A stretch of DNA of 64,000 bases from Auanema rhodensis (GCA_964057225.1 OZ059897.1:8246001-8310000), one strand, 5' to 3'. Counted from the first letter of the stretch, positions 39,001 through 53,475 are shown. Numbers and translations are program-made. Notes: a model not told the origin generated them from the sequence alone.

Positions 39001-42000
39001 GTAGAATCTCAAACGAATTAGATGAATGAGGGCAGAAGATAGAAGAAACGGAATGAAGCTTGATGTATGGCTGAGTAGAAGAATAAAGAATGTGAATAGG
39101 CTCTGTTTAACCTTCACCATTAACTCACTCTTTTCAACTGGATAAGGGGATTTTCCTCATCTGAAACGCAAAGATAATGGTCGAACGATGATGTTCTATT
39201 CAGCATGATAAAGTAAGTTAAGTCATTAACTATAGCTAATAGAGTAATGTAGAATGAAGATCAGATAATTTCTGTTTGCAACAACTATATAACAAAAAAA
39301 ATTCTTTCCCTCAATCTGCATCAGACAGAAGGAAATCTTCACACACACAGATCTCACTTTCGATTTGAAAGACGAAGAAAAACTTTCAAATGATAGTCAG
39401 AAAAATGGAATATGGATGTTATAGGATGTGAGCTATTTCACAAGATACCTGTGTACCAGTTTGAAAAAAAAATATGAAGATTAATTGAATTTGGAAGGAA
39501 ATAAAATTCCGGCATGTATTGCTTTCAGAAATAAAATGATGCACTCAAGAAAAAACATTGTAAACAGCAGGCTTGAAATAAATTTGCAGACTACCAAATG
39601 GAAGCTCTAAATAAAGTAGAAAAATAAAATGAAGAAAGATGAAGGAGAAGAAAGTTGTCAAGTAAATACTTATGAGAAACATTCATTTTGATTCATGCTT
39701 TGAATAGCAAACCAATGTTTTAGATAAGCAGACAGGAAGAAGATACAAAATGGTTGAAAGATGATACAGAAACAAAAAAGTGAGAGATGAGCAGCGGATA
39801 CAGAGAATCAAAAGAGTGAAAGAGGAAGGGTGGGAGGAGGGGGGGGGGGGTTAGAAGATGAAAAAAAAACGTTTTGAAATAGATTTAATTGACAAAACAG
39901 TAGAGATATTTTAAAATATATTTTTTTTGCTTGGAAACTAATCAGCCTCGTGTCCGATGTTTATGAACAACACAAGGATGAGTGCCGAAAATGGGAGATC
40001 AGACGTATAAAGAAATTAAAATTATCATACGAATGAAACAGCATTATGCTGAAGTATTACAGGTAGGATTGATAGAAATGACGATGGCTGTTGACTAAAA
40101 AAACGACCAAAAAAAGTTCAAGTTGGCGGATTCAAGTTGAAATTTCATTCAATTCTTCTTTTTATGATTTTTTTTCTCATTAAATTGAGAAGATGTTTTA
40201 GCTTTGATCAGAGACTCACTTACTCGTCGTGATGGCCAAAGAATTCAATTTGCTTCCTAGCTCATAGGTTGTTTTTCTGGATTTTGAAAGAAGATGAGTC
40301 TTCTTCTAAAAGTAAGTTGTGCGAGTAGAGTCTGTCTAAATATATGGAAGAAAACATAACCAATAAACGTCCTGTTAAGCGACAATTGAGATGTTTCATC
40401 ATAACATACGTATCTGAAAGCAAAATGAGAAATTGTATTGAAAAAGAGAGACGATAACCTATCAACGTTTATATCATATAATTAAGCTTTAACTGAACAG
40501 ATATAATTAGTATTTCAAAGGATAATGAATAATTCAAACGGCAAGGCGAAGGTCAAATAGTTCCGTTAAATTAAAAAAAAGTTGATGTAAGCAGAAGGAA
40601 AAGAATGGCAAATGGCAATAGAAACAACAATTTCTTTTTTTTTTTCCTTTTTTGTTTGAAAATATTGTGATGCGGTACGGTAAAGAAGCATTTTCGATGA
40701 ATCCTCAACCTGAGTTATTTCTCAAATTGTGCAAGTTGAAACTTGTTAAGCTGCTCTCTAAAACTTTTTTTTTATTGGTAAATAGAATTTTAATATAAGA
40801 ATATATATGAATATTGAAAATAACAACAAACAGACAGAATATTGCCTATTGAGCTAATCATATTCCGCTTTCATGTTGATGACTTTAAGTGACAGCTTTA
40901 GCATCTTCAGATTTTCAAAACGGAAACTGATATGATGATTGCCTTAACTGACAACCAATTCTACTGTTTTCATATATTGTGTGACTGTCTGTCAGCTAAC
41001 TATCGACACGTTAGTTCTTTTTCTTAATTGGCATTTCCTTTAGACTAGACGCTATTCTCACAACAATTACTAGTCTCGTCAAAAGCCATCAAAGCCAATA
41101 AGAAAAAAAAAAGTTTTCTTTTGAGAAAATAATTTAAGTATAATTAGTTTAAAATACTTTTACCACTATTTTTTGGCTTTTTTCTGTGTTGCTACTGTCT
41201 TTCTGCTCTTAACGACGGCAAGTTCATGAGAGATTGGCTGAGAAGAAGGTATGCGATGCAACCGATTCTTGCAAAAAATTGAACAAAAATGAATATGCTA
41301 ATTATACGAAAGGACTTATTGCGTCAATGCAGCAGATGAACACTTGAAAATGAAAATTCAAAAGAACTCATTGGATATACATTGGATATACATGGAAATT
41401 GTTTCTTTACAACTGTTTACATAATCGTATTTTCGGATGAGAAACAAAAACCTTCCTCTCAAAAATTGGTTTCTTTTATTGACATCTAATGATGTTACTG
41501 TGACTTCTTCGAGATTCAGAGATGAGTGATGGATTTCCGGACAGGTTCCGGAAGAAAAAACAACGAAAAACGTTTAAATGACTTATGTAAAGCGAGTCAA
41601 GCCAGACCAATCAACTGTCAGCTGCCATCACAAAACGGACATTTTGATTTGGTGAATCCGCCCATTCGGTGCCCGAGGGCTAGTACAAAAGGACCTCGAA
41701 ATCTCATTATCGTTACAACGTGCTTACAGTGAGTGGGATTAGCTACTTAGCTGTACCGTTGTTTCCATTCAGTTAGATCTCATAGTTTTTTGAAATTCTG
41801 TATATTTGTTTTTCATATTTGCTGCATTTTATCCTTGACCAAATTCTGAAAAAAACATACAAAATTATAACTTTTTGCTAGTTGTTATATAGTTGTTTCT
41901 CTATATAATAGCATAATAAATAGGTAATTCTTGTTATAATATATATTATATCTTGCAATTAGTTTCTAAAGTAACATCTAGTTAGAGCTTATGCTTCTTA

Positions 42001-42670
42001 AGCTGGACATCAACAGCCTGTACATGGCTAACCTAACCCATCATGAACGCCTTAATTCTTCCTGTATAATCATTGAGCCGAAAGAAAACTAGAATAAAAC
42101 ATTTTGAAAGACAAAAATATATAATAATGATGTTTCTTCATTTTGTCTCGAAGACAAGAATAGCATAAAAAAGCAGGATAACACCTTTAGCTGTCGTAGA
42201 TGGTTCTGCTTCTGCTGGTTGCCTTACAATGCTATTTCCCTCTGCCTCTGTTCTGAACGCTTCCAGTTACCTTGACTCCTCCCCACCTTCCTAATATTCT
42301 GCGACATTGTCCTTTTCGTTTGTGACGTCTTAAGAGATTTATATGTCCGTTTGTCTGTCATAATGTTGTTTTTAAAAATTATTTTAAAAACTTTTTGTTC
42401 TTCCAAAAAGGTTTTAAAGTTTTAATCTTTAGCTTTTCATTCAATATTGTCTATCATACCTTTTTTTGTTATTCTTCACTTCCTGTATACCTGATTTACT
42501 TTCTGCAGTCAGTCCACTTCTACTTAGCTCTCCTATCCTCCTAGTTTGCTGTTGTTGTTATTTACAAAACCAATTTTGTGTGTATATAGATGGTTAACTG
42601 TAGATTTTTTATGAAACTTCATTTTCTTTTTTCCGTTTTTTCAAATATTCTCATCAGACAGTTTACAGGA

Positions 42671-45600
42671 ATGAAGTCGAACATCGTGGCTCTTGTCGCA
42701 ATCTCATTGGGATTTACAAGTTTTACATCTGCCCATTCAATTGTAGAAATTGATAATGCAGTCATAGGTAAATACCAAAAAATCTTGATTCATCTTCAGT
42801 AACTCAGAAATGATCGATAAATCAGTTACTTTGTTATTTCATTATCTCTCGTTTTGCCTTGTTTTCTCGATCATTTCTTCAAATTGCCTTATACTGGCGG
42901 AACCACTTGAGCTGTTAGTAACTAAAAGAAGTTCTCTTCTTCTCCCTCTTAAATTCCTGAAGGGAGTTTAGAATAGAATAGAGAGACTGAGAAGGAGAGA
43001 TTGATAGAAAGAGAGAGAGAGAGAAGATAGACAAGAACAGGTGATAACAACACTGCAAGCAAAAAGCTGAACCAAGCGCTGTAGTTCTGAACCTGTGTAT
43101 GTCTGCGAATGAGGCAAGTTATCGTTTTTTCATGAACAATACTTGGAGTGTGAGAAACAAACTTCTTGAAATTATTCTCATTTTACTTTGTCCAACTCAG
43201 CTGATTCCTTTAGCCAAAATTTGAAATTGGCGCTTGAGTAGAACAGGAAGGGAAAAGCTAGCTTGCCTGTCCCCATTAGCTTCAGATTTGTATTGTTGAG
43301 ATGAAGCTGTCCATCTTCGTTCGAGACAGTACTTCATCATTTAGACATTTTCATGTTTTGTTTGTTAGTTTTTTTGTTGTTTTCTGACCATATTAGTTGA
43401 AAAACGTGGAAGAAACAAAGAAAACATGACAGGAAGAGATCAAGTTGTTGTCAAGTTGGTTTACAAGTAATTGGTGAAATGCTTGTACAAGCTTTGATGA
43501 AAAAGCAAAAAGTGAATGTATGAGTGTTGTAGAAAAACGGAATAATCGCTACATTACCGTTTTACAAAGAGGATTCACTTACACAGATTTTGTTCTCTCT
43601 TTGAACATTACTACATACTGGATAGGTATGATGCATAATATAGTTGGCAACGGAATAATTATATTCCTAAGCACATTGACAGAACAATTGATTTATCTCC
43701 TCTTCAACATAGTTAATATAATATTCTTTTTAATATTCTCTCTTATGACTTTACTATTATTATTTTTCTTTTTTCTTTTCTTTGAAGTTTTTCTTCTACA
43801 TCATTCAAACTAATTTTATTGGCCAGCGGCATGCATCGTTACGGTTTCTCCAACACATACTCCGACGATAATCCGGAAAACTTCACAGAAAACAAATTGC
43901 ACATCACAGTCACAAAACAAACTGAAATATCAAATTTGTTTGAAATTAACTGAATGAATGATGTGGAAGTGTGACATATGATGATGGCGCTTCTTTAAAA
44001 ACGTTTGAATTGTGTGAAATGTGACCTTATAAAGATGTGGCCATCCGGAATAATAGCTGTCGACGTCGGCTGCCTTGAAAGCTGATGCAAGCCGATGTCG
44101 ATTCAGCTTCTACTTATATCGTTAGACAGTCTTCTCTACTGAATATGATGGTTAGGAGGGGGGTGGGGTGGGGAGGAATCCGAGAATGAATGGAAAACAG
44201 GTCTGAGATTCAATTTGAAGGAGTAAAAGTCCTTTGTGGCTTTTGCCTTGTCTGTCTCTCTCTCTCTCTAACTCATTACAAAATACCTTTATGGCTCAGT
44301 TAACTCGGGACAAATCGAGAGAAACCAACACTACAAAAGATTCTTAATATTTCGGAAAAAATAGAATAGAAAACTAGAAAAAGTACAGAATTTCACTTTA
44401 ATTATCTCACACTTTGTAGGTGATCCGGAAGTTCAATGTGAATCTGATTCTATTTCTCTGCTGTTCCTCACAAAAAATTCTTTCATCGGTAAAATCTTCG
44501 TGAAAGTAATTGATTTCTTGAAAACTAAAATCTATAACTCTCTCTCTCTCTCTTAGGGCTTTGTATCAGATGATAACTGCGTTAGCATGGGCGATAACAA
44601 GAAGAATCATCGTTTCTCCGTAAAGCATGATTCATGCGGTGTTCGCCGTCAACGAGAAGTAAGTTTGCAACGTAAGCCTGAGTTACACAAGCATTTCCTT
44701 TGAAGGTTAATGGAGTTGTCGTAATTACAACCGTCATTGTATCGTTCCATTCAGTAAGCTTTCATAAAACTTCCGACGACGTCCGCACTCCGTTAAATCG
44801 TTTTCTTTTCAGATTTTTATTACCAAAGTTGATAGAGCTTACCGTTTAAGTTGCTTCTATGTGGAGTCAACCAAAAAAGTTCAACAGCAACTAGATGTCG
44901 CGTAAGAACACATTCCATTTTTAGTCGAATGGCATATAATTAAAAAATCTTGAAGCAATCACAAAACCTTTAACTGTCGAAAAAACCATATTTACAGCTA
45001 TTGTATAGATTTTATTTGCATTTGAGAACTGTTGGATGCCAATTAGATCAAATTGTCTTTCGTATAGCTCAAAAGCTTTAATTCTAAAACTTAAAAGTCT
45101 CATTCATTATTCATTCATGCTACTTGCAACCTTGTGATATGTAAATTGCCCCCATATAGCATCATGTGGCATCAATTCTTCACTTCTTCCTGAGCTATTC
45201 CTCAATGGCTTAACCGTTTTCTCTCCCATCAATTTTAAACTTTTCGCATTTCACTCTCTCAAACGACATTTCATGACTTGAAATGCCGATGGTGACGTCT
45301 TCAAAGAAGGTAAAGTCCACAATATTGAAGATGAAATACCTATGTTCCGTGTTGTGGATATGTCTAAGGGCCGAGTGTCATCATAGCCGTCAACGCAAAT
45401 CCGCTAACCAGTTTACTCTACCACGCTCTTCTTCACTATTCCTTTCTCTCTTGACTGATCAACGTCCTCTATAACTCTTTATTCTCACTTCTCTCTCTCT
45501 CTCTATCTCTTTCTCTCTCCCTCTCTCTATCTCTGTATTGCCAATAGTTCTACGAACAATTCACATCTTAGCCACATATTAGACAACGTCATCTAACGGA

Positions 45601-47882
45601 TCGTTGTCGGCGTCGTACAGCTTTTCGAAATCCATTGCAAACCTATCAAATCCAATTGCCATCAGATGAAATATATATATTTGACGACGACGACAACAAC
45701 GATTATATAGACAATGATTCTAGCGTAAACGACGTCAATTGGCCTTGCCGTTAACCATATAAGCATTTAGTTAAATATACAATTTGAATAAGAAATTTGC
45801 TTGAAACTGGCAGATTGAAAAGAAAAATTCAAATTCCGCCACTATATTTGATCAAAAAAAAAATTCTAAAATTCCCCCCATTGCGCCAAACGATATTAAA
45901 CTGGATTTGATATATAAATTGAAGATGAAAAATGAATGAATAGTTGTTACAAAAATATAAAAACTGTTCATAACTACATGAGGAAAAACAAGCTTTTCTC
46001 GGTCCATTACAAGATGGTGTCCCGTTTCCTTTAATGGTTAATCGTTCACTTTCCTGAAAATTGCAATTTTCTATTGTACATACTATCGGGTAAATGAGGT
46101 AAAAAAGTAAAGAAAAAGTTAGTAAACTGACGTACGCATTGGAACATTTTTGACAAAAGAATTCCAAAAAAAGCTTCAAATTCCTATATATCTAGATAGA
46201 AAACTGATTTTTTAGTCTAGTTAACATGAGTAATTACCAGAATAATTAGATATTGATGCTTTGGACATTGACCATCTGCAACATTTTTCTTTTAAAAACT
46301 TTTTTTCACTTTCACCTTATGCATACCTCCTGTATTCAAACTTTTCAGAGCTTTGACTACTCAGGCTTTAGATGGACAGACCCAGCTTCCAGTTTGCAGG
46401 TGATTAACTTTATCTAGACATCCTTACATACAAGACTAACTATTATACAGATATGAAATCTTATCTGATGGACCAAATGGTGTTCCAATCAAGTATGCTC
46501 GTGTCGGAGATACCGTATACCACAAATGGACTTGTGTATCTGAAATGGAAGATATCTATTGCATGAAAGTTCATTCATGTACTGTATATGATGGACAAGG
46601 AGGGCCACCAGTTACTGTTCTCGATGCCAATGGGTTTGATTTTTTGCATTTCGGACGTTTGTTTTCATTTTTCATCATTGTACAGTTGCTCAATTGATGG
46701 TATCATCTTGCAAAATTTGGATTATTTATCAGATTTATCAGCTGGAAAGCCGGCTCAAGTATGATGTTAAAACTGCGGAAAAGCTGATAATGCTCATCAT
46801 TTAAGGTTTTCAAATTTGCCGACAAAACTGGTCTTTATTTCAACTGCCAAATACGGTTAACAATCAAGGATAAGCAGTATGGATGTAGTGCTGCTGTGAG
46901 ATTTAATCAGATTTCTGAAGCATATCTTATGCAAAATTTCTTCAGAAGCCAGCATGCCAAGGCCAAACTTACGTTGAACCATCTTCCCGAACAACTGAAA
47001 TTTCATCAACTGAAGAGACTGAGGATTATGCTACAACAAAATCTGGAGCTTATCCAACCTCCCAAGGTAATTAGTTGAATTGCTTTTCTTTCGTTTTTGG
47101 AGAAACAAATCCTATTTAGGAGACAGCTATACAACTGACAAGTATGCTACTTCTGAGGAATATCCTACAACCGAAATTCCTGGAGATAATTCTGCTGCTG
47201 TTTATCCTAAACCAAATCAAAAGGTATTCTTGAAATTTCAACACAATATGTACTTATATCTCCTTACAGTCCATAATCAACATTGGAAAGTCTGATGCAC
47301 GAGCTAGCCATGCTCCAGGAACTAATCCAACTTATGCTGACCTTCAAGGAACTACCAGCGAACCATATGTTGATGAAAGACTCGGTAGTGCAGCATCTCG
47401 ATTGGTTAAAAGACACGTATGGGGTATGCTATTCTGTTGTTTTTCTATTTTTTTTGTCTAATTTCTAAATAATGATAGGCTAAAGCTTGCATATTTTCAG
47501 CCTTCAACAAGAGCTCTCCAATCACTGTTGCTGATTTCGATCTGCCAGAGAAGGGCTTAATTGTATTTGGACTTGAAGAAAGTGGCAACAACCAAGGTGA
47601 CTTCTAATCACAAGTAGTTTCATCCCAAAATATTATTTCAGAAGAACTGATGGAAGGAGATTCTGCTCGATTCATAATTGAAGATCGTATGGTGAAGACT
47701 TGTTTCACCACAAGTATGAATTCATTTTCAATTGAAATATTCAAGTTTTCATTCAATTTTCAGATAAACTCATGGCTTTCATGGTTCTTGTCTTCATCTT
47801 AGCTATTGCTCTATTGGTTGCAATGGCATACATCGTCTATAGACAACGACGACTCATTAGCAGATCATTCTTGAAACACTAA
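42671..47882 (+). CDS. Cuticlin-like ZP-domain protein (CUT-1/CUTL family) with signal peptide and C-terminal TM; multi-exon
   Basis: MKSNIVALVAISLGFTSFTSAHSIVEIDNAVIGDPEVQCESDSI; GKIFVKGF; SFHSIFITKVDRAYRLSCFY; PVCRYEIL; VGDTVYHKWTC; VHSCTVYDGQG; VFKFADKTGLYFNCQI; furin-like RLVKR; hydrophobic C-terminal segment; stop TAA at 47880-47882. Confidence 0.93.
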
Positions 47883-48279
47883 AACCAATTCGAAAATTCT
47901 CTATCTTTCTCCTTCTTTTATTCTTTCGTTTTCTTCTCAATTACGTCATTATGTTTTCATTTTTTCCTTCCGTCATTCATACTTTTACGGTCGTAGAGTG
48001 TTATTACTTTGTGAGAGTTAGCCATATCGATCTCTAGATTTATTTCATTTTTTTCTTTCCAAATCTTGCCTTTCACTTTTGTCTATAACCAAATGGATAT
48101 ATAAAGAGTTTTGTTTCATATTTCTACTTCTTTTTCATTATTGAATACAATGCATTTTCACTCTCTAATCTCAGAGAATTGACTAATTTACATCAATTTT
48201 TGGAAATTTGAAAGAAATAAGTCAACTTCGAAAGACTGAAAAGTGTTGGATATTCAAGAATATTGTTGAATTTTGATAA

Positions 48280-48845
48280 AAACTCGAACATATGTATAGA
48301 AAACCGTCCGATCCGCCTTTGGGGAGAAACAAGAAATCGAAATAACTTTGAAATTGGCGAAAAGCCAAAGGGTTCATTCAAATATTTAACGACGGAACAA
48401 GATAATGAGTTAATCACACCCAACTCTAGAAAGCCAACATAAACTCAAGTTATCGCCGTGAAATCCTATCTTAAAGACATTTCCTCTTGCCATACAACGA
48501 AGGTGTCGACCGTGAATAATTCAGCTTACTGGAAATGCTAGAGAAGAGAAAGTACCGGGGCTCAAGTGTTCGACGGTTAAGATTCAAGGTTGGTGATACT
48601 ATTCGAATTACAAAATATAAAGTAATTTTTGATAATGGATATCTGACTAATTGGAGTTCTGAACTTCAAATTCAAATTTCTTCAATTTAAGGTTTAAGAA
48701 ATACATCCAGGTCCAGGAGAAGATTCTAAAACGTAGAACTAGAAAAGTAAAAGAATCTTCTATTGTAAGAAAGATGTTTCTGAAATGGTATGGATATCGA
48801 GAAAAAGTTAATTCATAGATCTCAGAATCAGATTTGAATTCATAA
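48280..48845 (+). mobile_element. Maverick/Polinton retroviral-like integrase with chromodomain, pseudogene fragments
   Basis: KLEHMYRKPSDP (N-terminal-like); YLTTEQDNEL (cf. LQTDxGxEF); FKVGDTIRITKYKVIFDNGYLTNWSSEL from 48583; chromodomain EKILKRRTRK...MFLKWYGYREKVNS*ISESDL with an in-frame stop; intronless and deleted. Confidence 0.8.
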
Positions 48846-48889
48846 ATGTTTTAAATTCAAATATTTTTTATTTTTTTTTTAGATTGTAT

Positions 48890-49672
48890 CACCTCAACCC
48901 GATGATCCTTGACTTTGACAACGTTCTCCGAAAGTATCAAACAATAACATTTAGTACTTTGAGCAATGTTTTTATTGAAACATCTGGTCTACTTTCAATA
49001 ATTCTATCATTTTGTTTTTGATACATCGAAAACAAGAAGAGGATAATAATAATAATAAAGATAAAGTACAATATATTTTATTTTATCATATTTAGTTCTA
49101 AGCTTTCAAGTAAATTCACGATTGGGAATGTTATAACTCTCAAATTGACGAGATATGAATGGTATCTGAATGAGCTTATTGCTCTTGAAACTGTTTGATA
49201 ACTAAGGCATAATCTTTGGAATGATTCACTTTAGCTTACTTATGTTCATCTTTGCGGTAAACTTCGAGTAAGATCTATAGAAACAATGGAATTTTTGTTT
49301 TCAGGTAATGCGTAGAGTGATAATTGGGTGCTTTCATCCGTAGACAATCCGGTTGTAACATTCAGCGAATCCAAAGATGTGAGTCAGTGCAATGCAGAAT
49401 GTCAAAATGCCTTTTCAATTTTAATTTATCTTGTTCTGAATGATATTCTTCGTTTTCAAAATCCAACCAAGATTTTTATTTTGTTTGTTCATCGTCGAAG
49501 ATTAGGTTAGAAGTCCTTTCATTAGTGATGTTGTTCCAGGATTTATAATATTTTCTACTTGCATTCCATTCATACTATATGTTGTTCTATTAAATAGAAA
49601 CATTGGACTAGTCAATGTGACTTCATCGATATCAGTTAATTGAAATCCATCTAATTTGGTTAAATGTGTTTC
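48890..49672 (-). mobile_element. Maverick/Polinton (adintovirus-like) major capsid protein pseudogene
   Basis: Intronless translation with stops: MFLFNRTTYSMNGMQVENIINPGTTSLMKGLLT*S...NLGW...GILTFCIALTHIFGFAECYNRIVYG*KH...ISKLK*IIPKIMP...IPFISRQFESYNIP...YPLLVFDVSK...TKCYCLILSENVV; resembles double-jelly-roll MCP blocks of animal Polintons. Confidence 0.75.
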
Positions 49673-49756
49673 TGAATAGATGTAAGACTTATGAAGTAGA
49701 AGAAGAAGAAGAAGGAAGGTATTGTTTGCAACTTTAAAAAAAATCCCAAATTATGC

Positions 49757-49792
49757 CACGTGAAACTTCACGTGAAACTTCACGTAAAATAT
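49757..49792. repeat. Three tandem copies of a 12-mer CACGTGAAACTT
   Basis: cacgtgaaactt cacgtgaaactt cacgtaaaatat. Confidence 0.85.
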
Positions 49793-50595
49793 TTGAATAA
49801 TAACAGTTTAAGTCATGTAAAATTTCTATTTTTATCATCTTATATCAATATTTTGAAAAATAATTTGTTTAAGAATTCAAGAAGACGTATAAATCGATGT
49901 GAAATCAGATTATATTAAAACCTGAGGTATAAAGGTATTATAGTATTAACAGAGAAGAAACTAAATCAAATTATATGGAAAGCAATGATGATGATAATGA
50001 TAATGATTGTAATAATTCGTTATCTATATAAATTATAAATTATAAAATAAAAAATAAACATAATAAAATATTTTTAAACGAATATTTACGTAACAATTTC
50101 GAGAAAAAAAAATTTAATTTAGATCGTAATTCGCAAGATTCGTCGTTTTGTTGAATGTGTGTGTGTGTGTGGTGTGTGTGTATGAATAAGTATATGAATG
50201 TGTATAAAAAAATGAAAAAAGAGAAGGAAAGGAAAACTTAAAATACAATAAGTTATCTGAAAATTGAAAATTTTGTTTTTTTTTGTATAAAAAAAAGTAA
50301 TTAATACAAGAAAAATGAATTAATACTTAATTATTCGTACAAGTGAGCTTAAGTAAGATAAAGTATTTGAGATAAAAACAAAAAAAAATATATATATATA
50401 TATATATAAATTTATATACAAACATCCGTATATGTATGTATATAAAAGATTAATTTTTCAGAAAAAAAAAACAACAGAAACGATGAAACAACACTGCTTT
50501 CAGGAGATCTGGAACCGTATATGAGAGATTTATATTTTGTGTATATTGAAATGTATGTTATCCAAATTATTTGTTAAATTTGGCTCTACAATCAT

Positions 50596-53003
50596 TTAAT
50601 TCTTTTTGCTCATGAGTGGACCAGTGGGATCGTCATCTGGTTCTGCCAGATTCAGACCCGATGATGTTTTTTCTCCAATCAATGGCGATGATACAATAAC
50701 ACTTCGTCGACGTCCGTTGATTTCAGTTATAATGGATTGAGTACTATCAGCAATGCGTGTAAACTATAAGAAAACATAATGTGTTTGTATAGTTTGTAAG
50801 AAGCTTGTGAGATGCTTACCGATCCGGATCGAACTTCTTTTGTTAATTGAGGAGAACCTAAGCGTCTTTCAGCAATTCGTGCATAAACTGGACGATATAA
50901 AACAATCTGAAAATGAATTTTTACAATTAAAAATTTTAAAAAATTAATAGAATCACTTCTTCTTCCCTATTAGCTTCTTCGCCCTCTCCATCATATACTT
51001 GGCCTAATCGGAATTCTGGTGAAACATATTTGCCGCCTTCAACGTGATGAGAACAGAAATCTGAGATGATATTCAATCGTTTTTTGAACTGTTTCACCTT
51101 CAAAACTCACCATATTCTATGGATGGCATGGGTGCATTCGGTATACGATATGGCAATGTCGCAACTGTTAAAGGAAAATCCAAATGTAGACATTCATTTC
51201 CTTTCTCATCTTCCAAGCAAGCCTTAAATTAGCATAATTTACGAATTAATTAACGCTGAGTTTGATAGAATTTACCCTTAAAACGTAATAAATCTGAATC
51301 AAGCGTGTGACACCAACAAGAGATGGTGGAACAACGGGTAAACGAAATGGTTGTTCAAGAGTTGAATCATATTTTCCTTGAGAATTTGCAGCAATTGGTG
51401 GAGATCTATAACATAAATATTATATTTAAAAGCTGAAATTTGTAAAAAAATAGTTTTACACAAGTTACAACTTGAATAAAACTTAGCTCTATAAACTTAC
51501 TTGTGTTCAAAAACTGTACAGGTAACAGACTTATTTTCACCTAATACTCCTTTTTCTATAAAATATTCCACATGTTGTATGAGCTTAATTGATACAACTT
51601 GCTGACTAGATTGCCAATTTTCGACCTAACATCGAGATAAATTAGGAAAAAAAGAAGAATTTAGGAGAACTTGAGCCCGAATTCGTATATTTTCTCCACA
51701 AACATATGCTGTTCGATCTAACGTTATTCGTAGAGCTAATGCTCCTCGTTGACAACACCAACAACATGTTACTTTGCGATCTTGTCCGGCAAGCGGAGCC
51801 TGAAAAGTTTATTAAAGTTTGACAAAATGAAATGAAGAGAATGGTAATCAGCAGAAGCTTAGCTATATATGTATATTACTAACCAGATATTTCTCATCCA
51901 TACAGTCAATATGTGGACCAATAATAGTAAAATATTTGATACCCTGAGGCGATGAAGCATATGGAATATCGATGATAACCTGAAAAATGTAGAAACAAAT
52001 GTCTTAAAACGCTTGAAACATAGCGATCTAAAGCTCAAATATCTATGTATTTTCACTTGAAAAAGTGTTCTTTTTCCATTATATTCATTGAAATGTGAGA
52101 TTCTTTCATAAGATTTTACATCTAATATCTATATAATCAATGAAAAAGCTTGTATTTCCCTTCTTTTTTTTTTCGAAATATTTATTCAATTATATGATGA
52201 TCAGTTAGAGATCTTTTCCCAATTTTCATCATTTTTCAATCCCAAAAAAAAAAAGGAAAAATGATGTCATTTCCTAATTCTTTTCAAATATATTCTCTCA
52301 AAAATAAAAATTCTAATATACTTTATAGGGTATAACTATAGTATTAACTATATGTATATTAAAGTTATTATATTACCTTAATGTAATAACGAATAGTGCC
52401 ATATCGACTTTCCAATGAACAAGGAAGTGTGCTTTGAGGAAGAGCAAACGAGAATGGCATGTTGTGAAGTCCGCGAGCCAGAATAGGAATTACCTCGCAG
52501 TCCTCCGATTTATCTGAAATACACGAAAGTATTTGATTCAAATTACTTGGATAAATTGACTTCTTTATGAGGAAAATAATGCACACATGGAGAGAAAGAG
52601 CAAGCGCAAAAGAGGAAAAAAGAAGGATTTTACTTACAGAGATTCTGATGAAATTTCTAATTTTTTGAGAACAAATTACAAAGGCTTTAAGAGCAAAAAA
52701 TGTGCAGCTTAATGACTGACCTCGTCCCCAAATTAATTCTTTTTCATCTAATATGTATTGGTCATCCTTAATCGTTCGACGTTCTCCGGACTTGACAACC
52801 TTTAGGTTTGCATGAACTTTTCCTCGTAATAACACTCGAATACCTAAAGTTTTAATGAAATAAAAGTCAAATGAAGCATACGATTACAGACCTTTAATCT
52901 TGATATTTTCCGTATTTTCAAGTAAAACAGTTCCAGTAATCGTTTCACCAGCATAATAAACATCTTTACTCAAACGAATATCAAATGAAGAAATATAATC
53001 CAT
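50596..53003 (-). CDS. Alpha-arrestin (arrestin-domain, ARRD family) protein; multi-exon
   Basis: MDYISSFDIRLSKDVYYAGETITGTVLLEN; GLHNMPFSFALPQSTLPCSLESRYGTIRYYIKV; CWCCQRGALALRITLDRTAYVCGENIRI; LPVVPPSLVG...IQIYYVL; stop at 50596-50598. Confidence 0.92.
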
Positions 53004-53396
53004 AGCACTTCGTAGTTGAATTGATGATACAGATGTTTGCTGAAATGGGAAAAATTGCAAAAAATAAGGAAAAAACATGAGTTTTTGAAGCAGATAAACT
53101 AGAAATTGTCATATTTGATGATGGAAAAAGAGAAATAAACATGAAATGAATAAAACTGCATAGCAGTCTGTGCATGTATCTGGCCAATTATAAACGGACA
53201 TACTGACTAACTAAGAATTTGCTACATGCAGCAAGCTAGCTAGCCCCAGAAAAGTCTTTGCGCCGTCCATAGTCGTCTCAAATTCAAATAATCATTTCAA
53301 GAGGAAAAAGACTCTGTCTGCCTTGGAGAAAAAAGGAAATTATCTGTGCGGAAAGCAGAGAAGTACATTCATTTCAACATCAGACTGCCGCTATAT

Positions 53397-53398
<2 letters not shown>

Positions 53399-53468
<70 letters not shown>
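53399..53468. repeat. (CT)n microsatellite
   Basis: About 70 nt CT run. Confidence 0.95.

Positions 53469-53475
<7 letters not shown>

Noticed and set aside
45280-45410. Coding-looking stretch in the large cuticlin intron (NADGDVFKEGKVHNIEDEIPMFRVV...)
   Set aside because: No convincing start or splice sites and no recognisable family; more likely an enhancer or chance.
49757-49792. Tandem 12-mer as a CRISPR-like array
   Set aside because: Eukaryotic context, no spacers, only three units.
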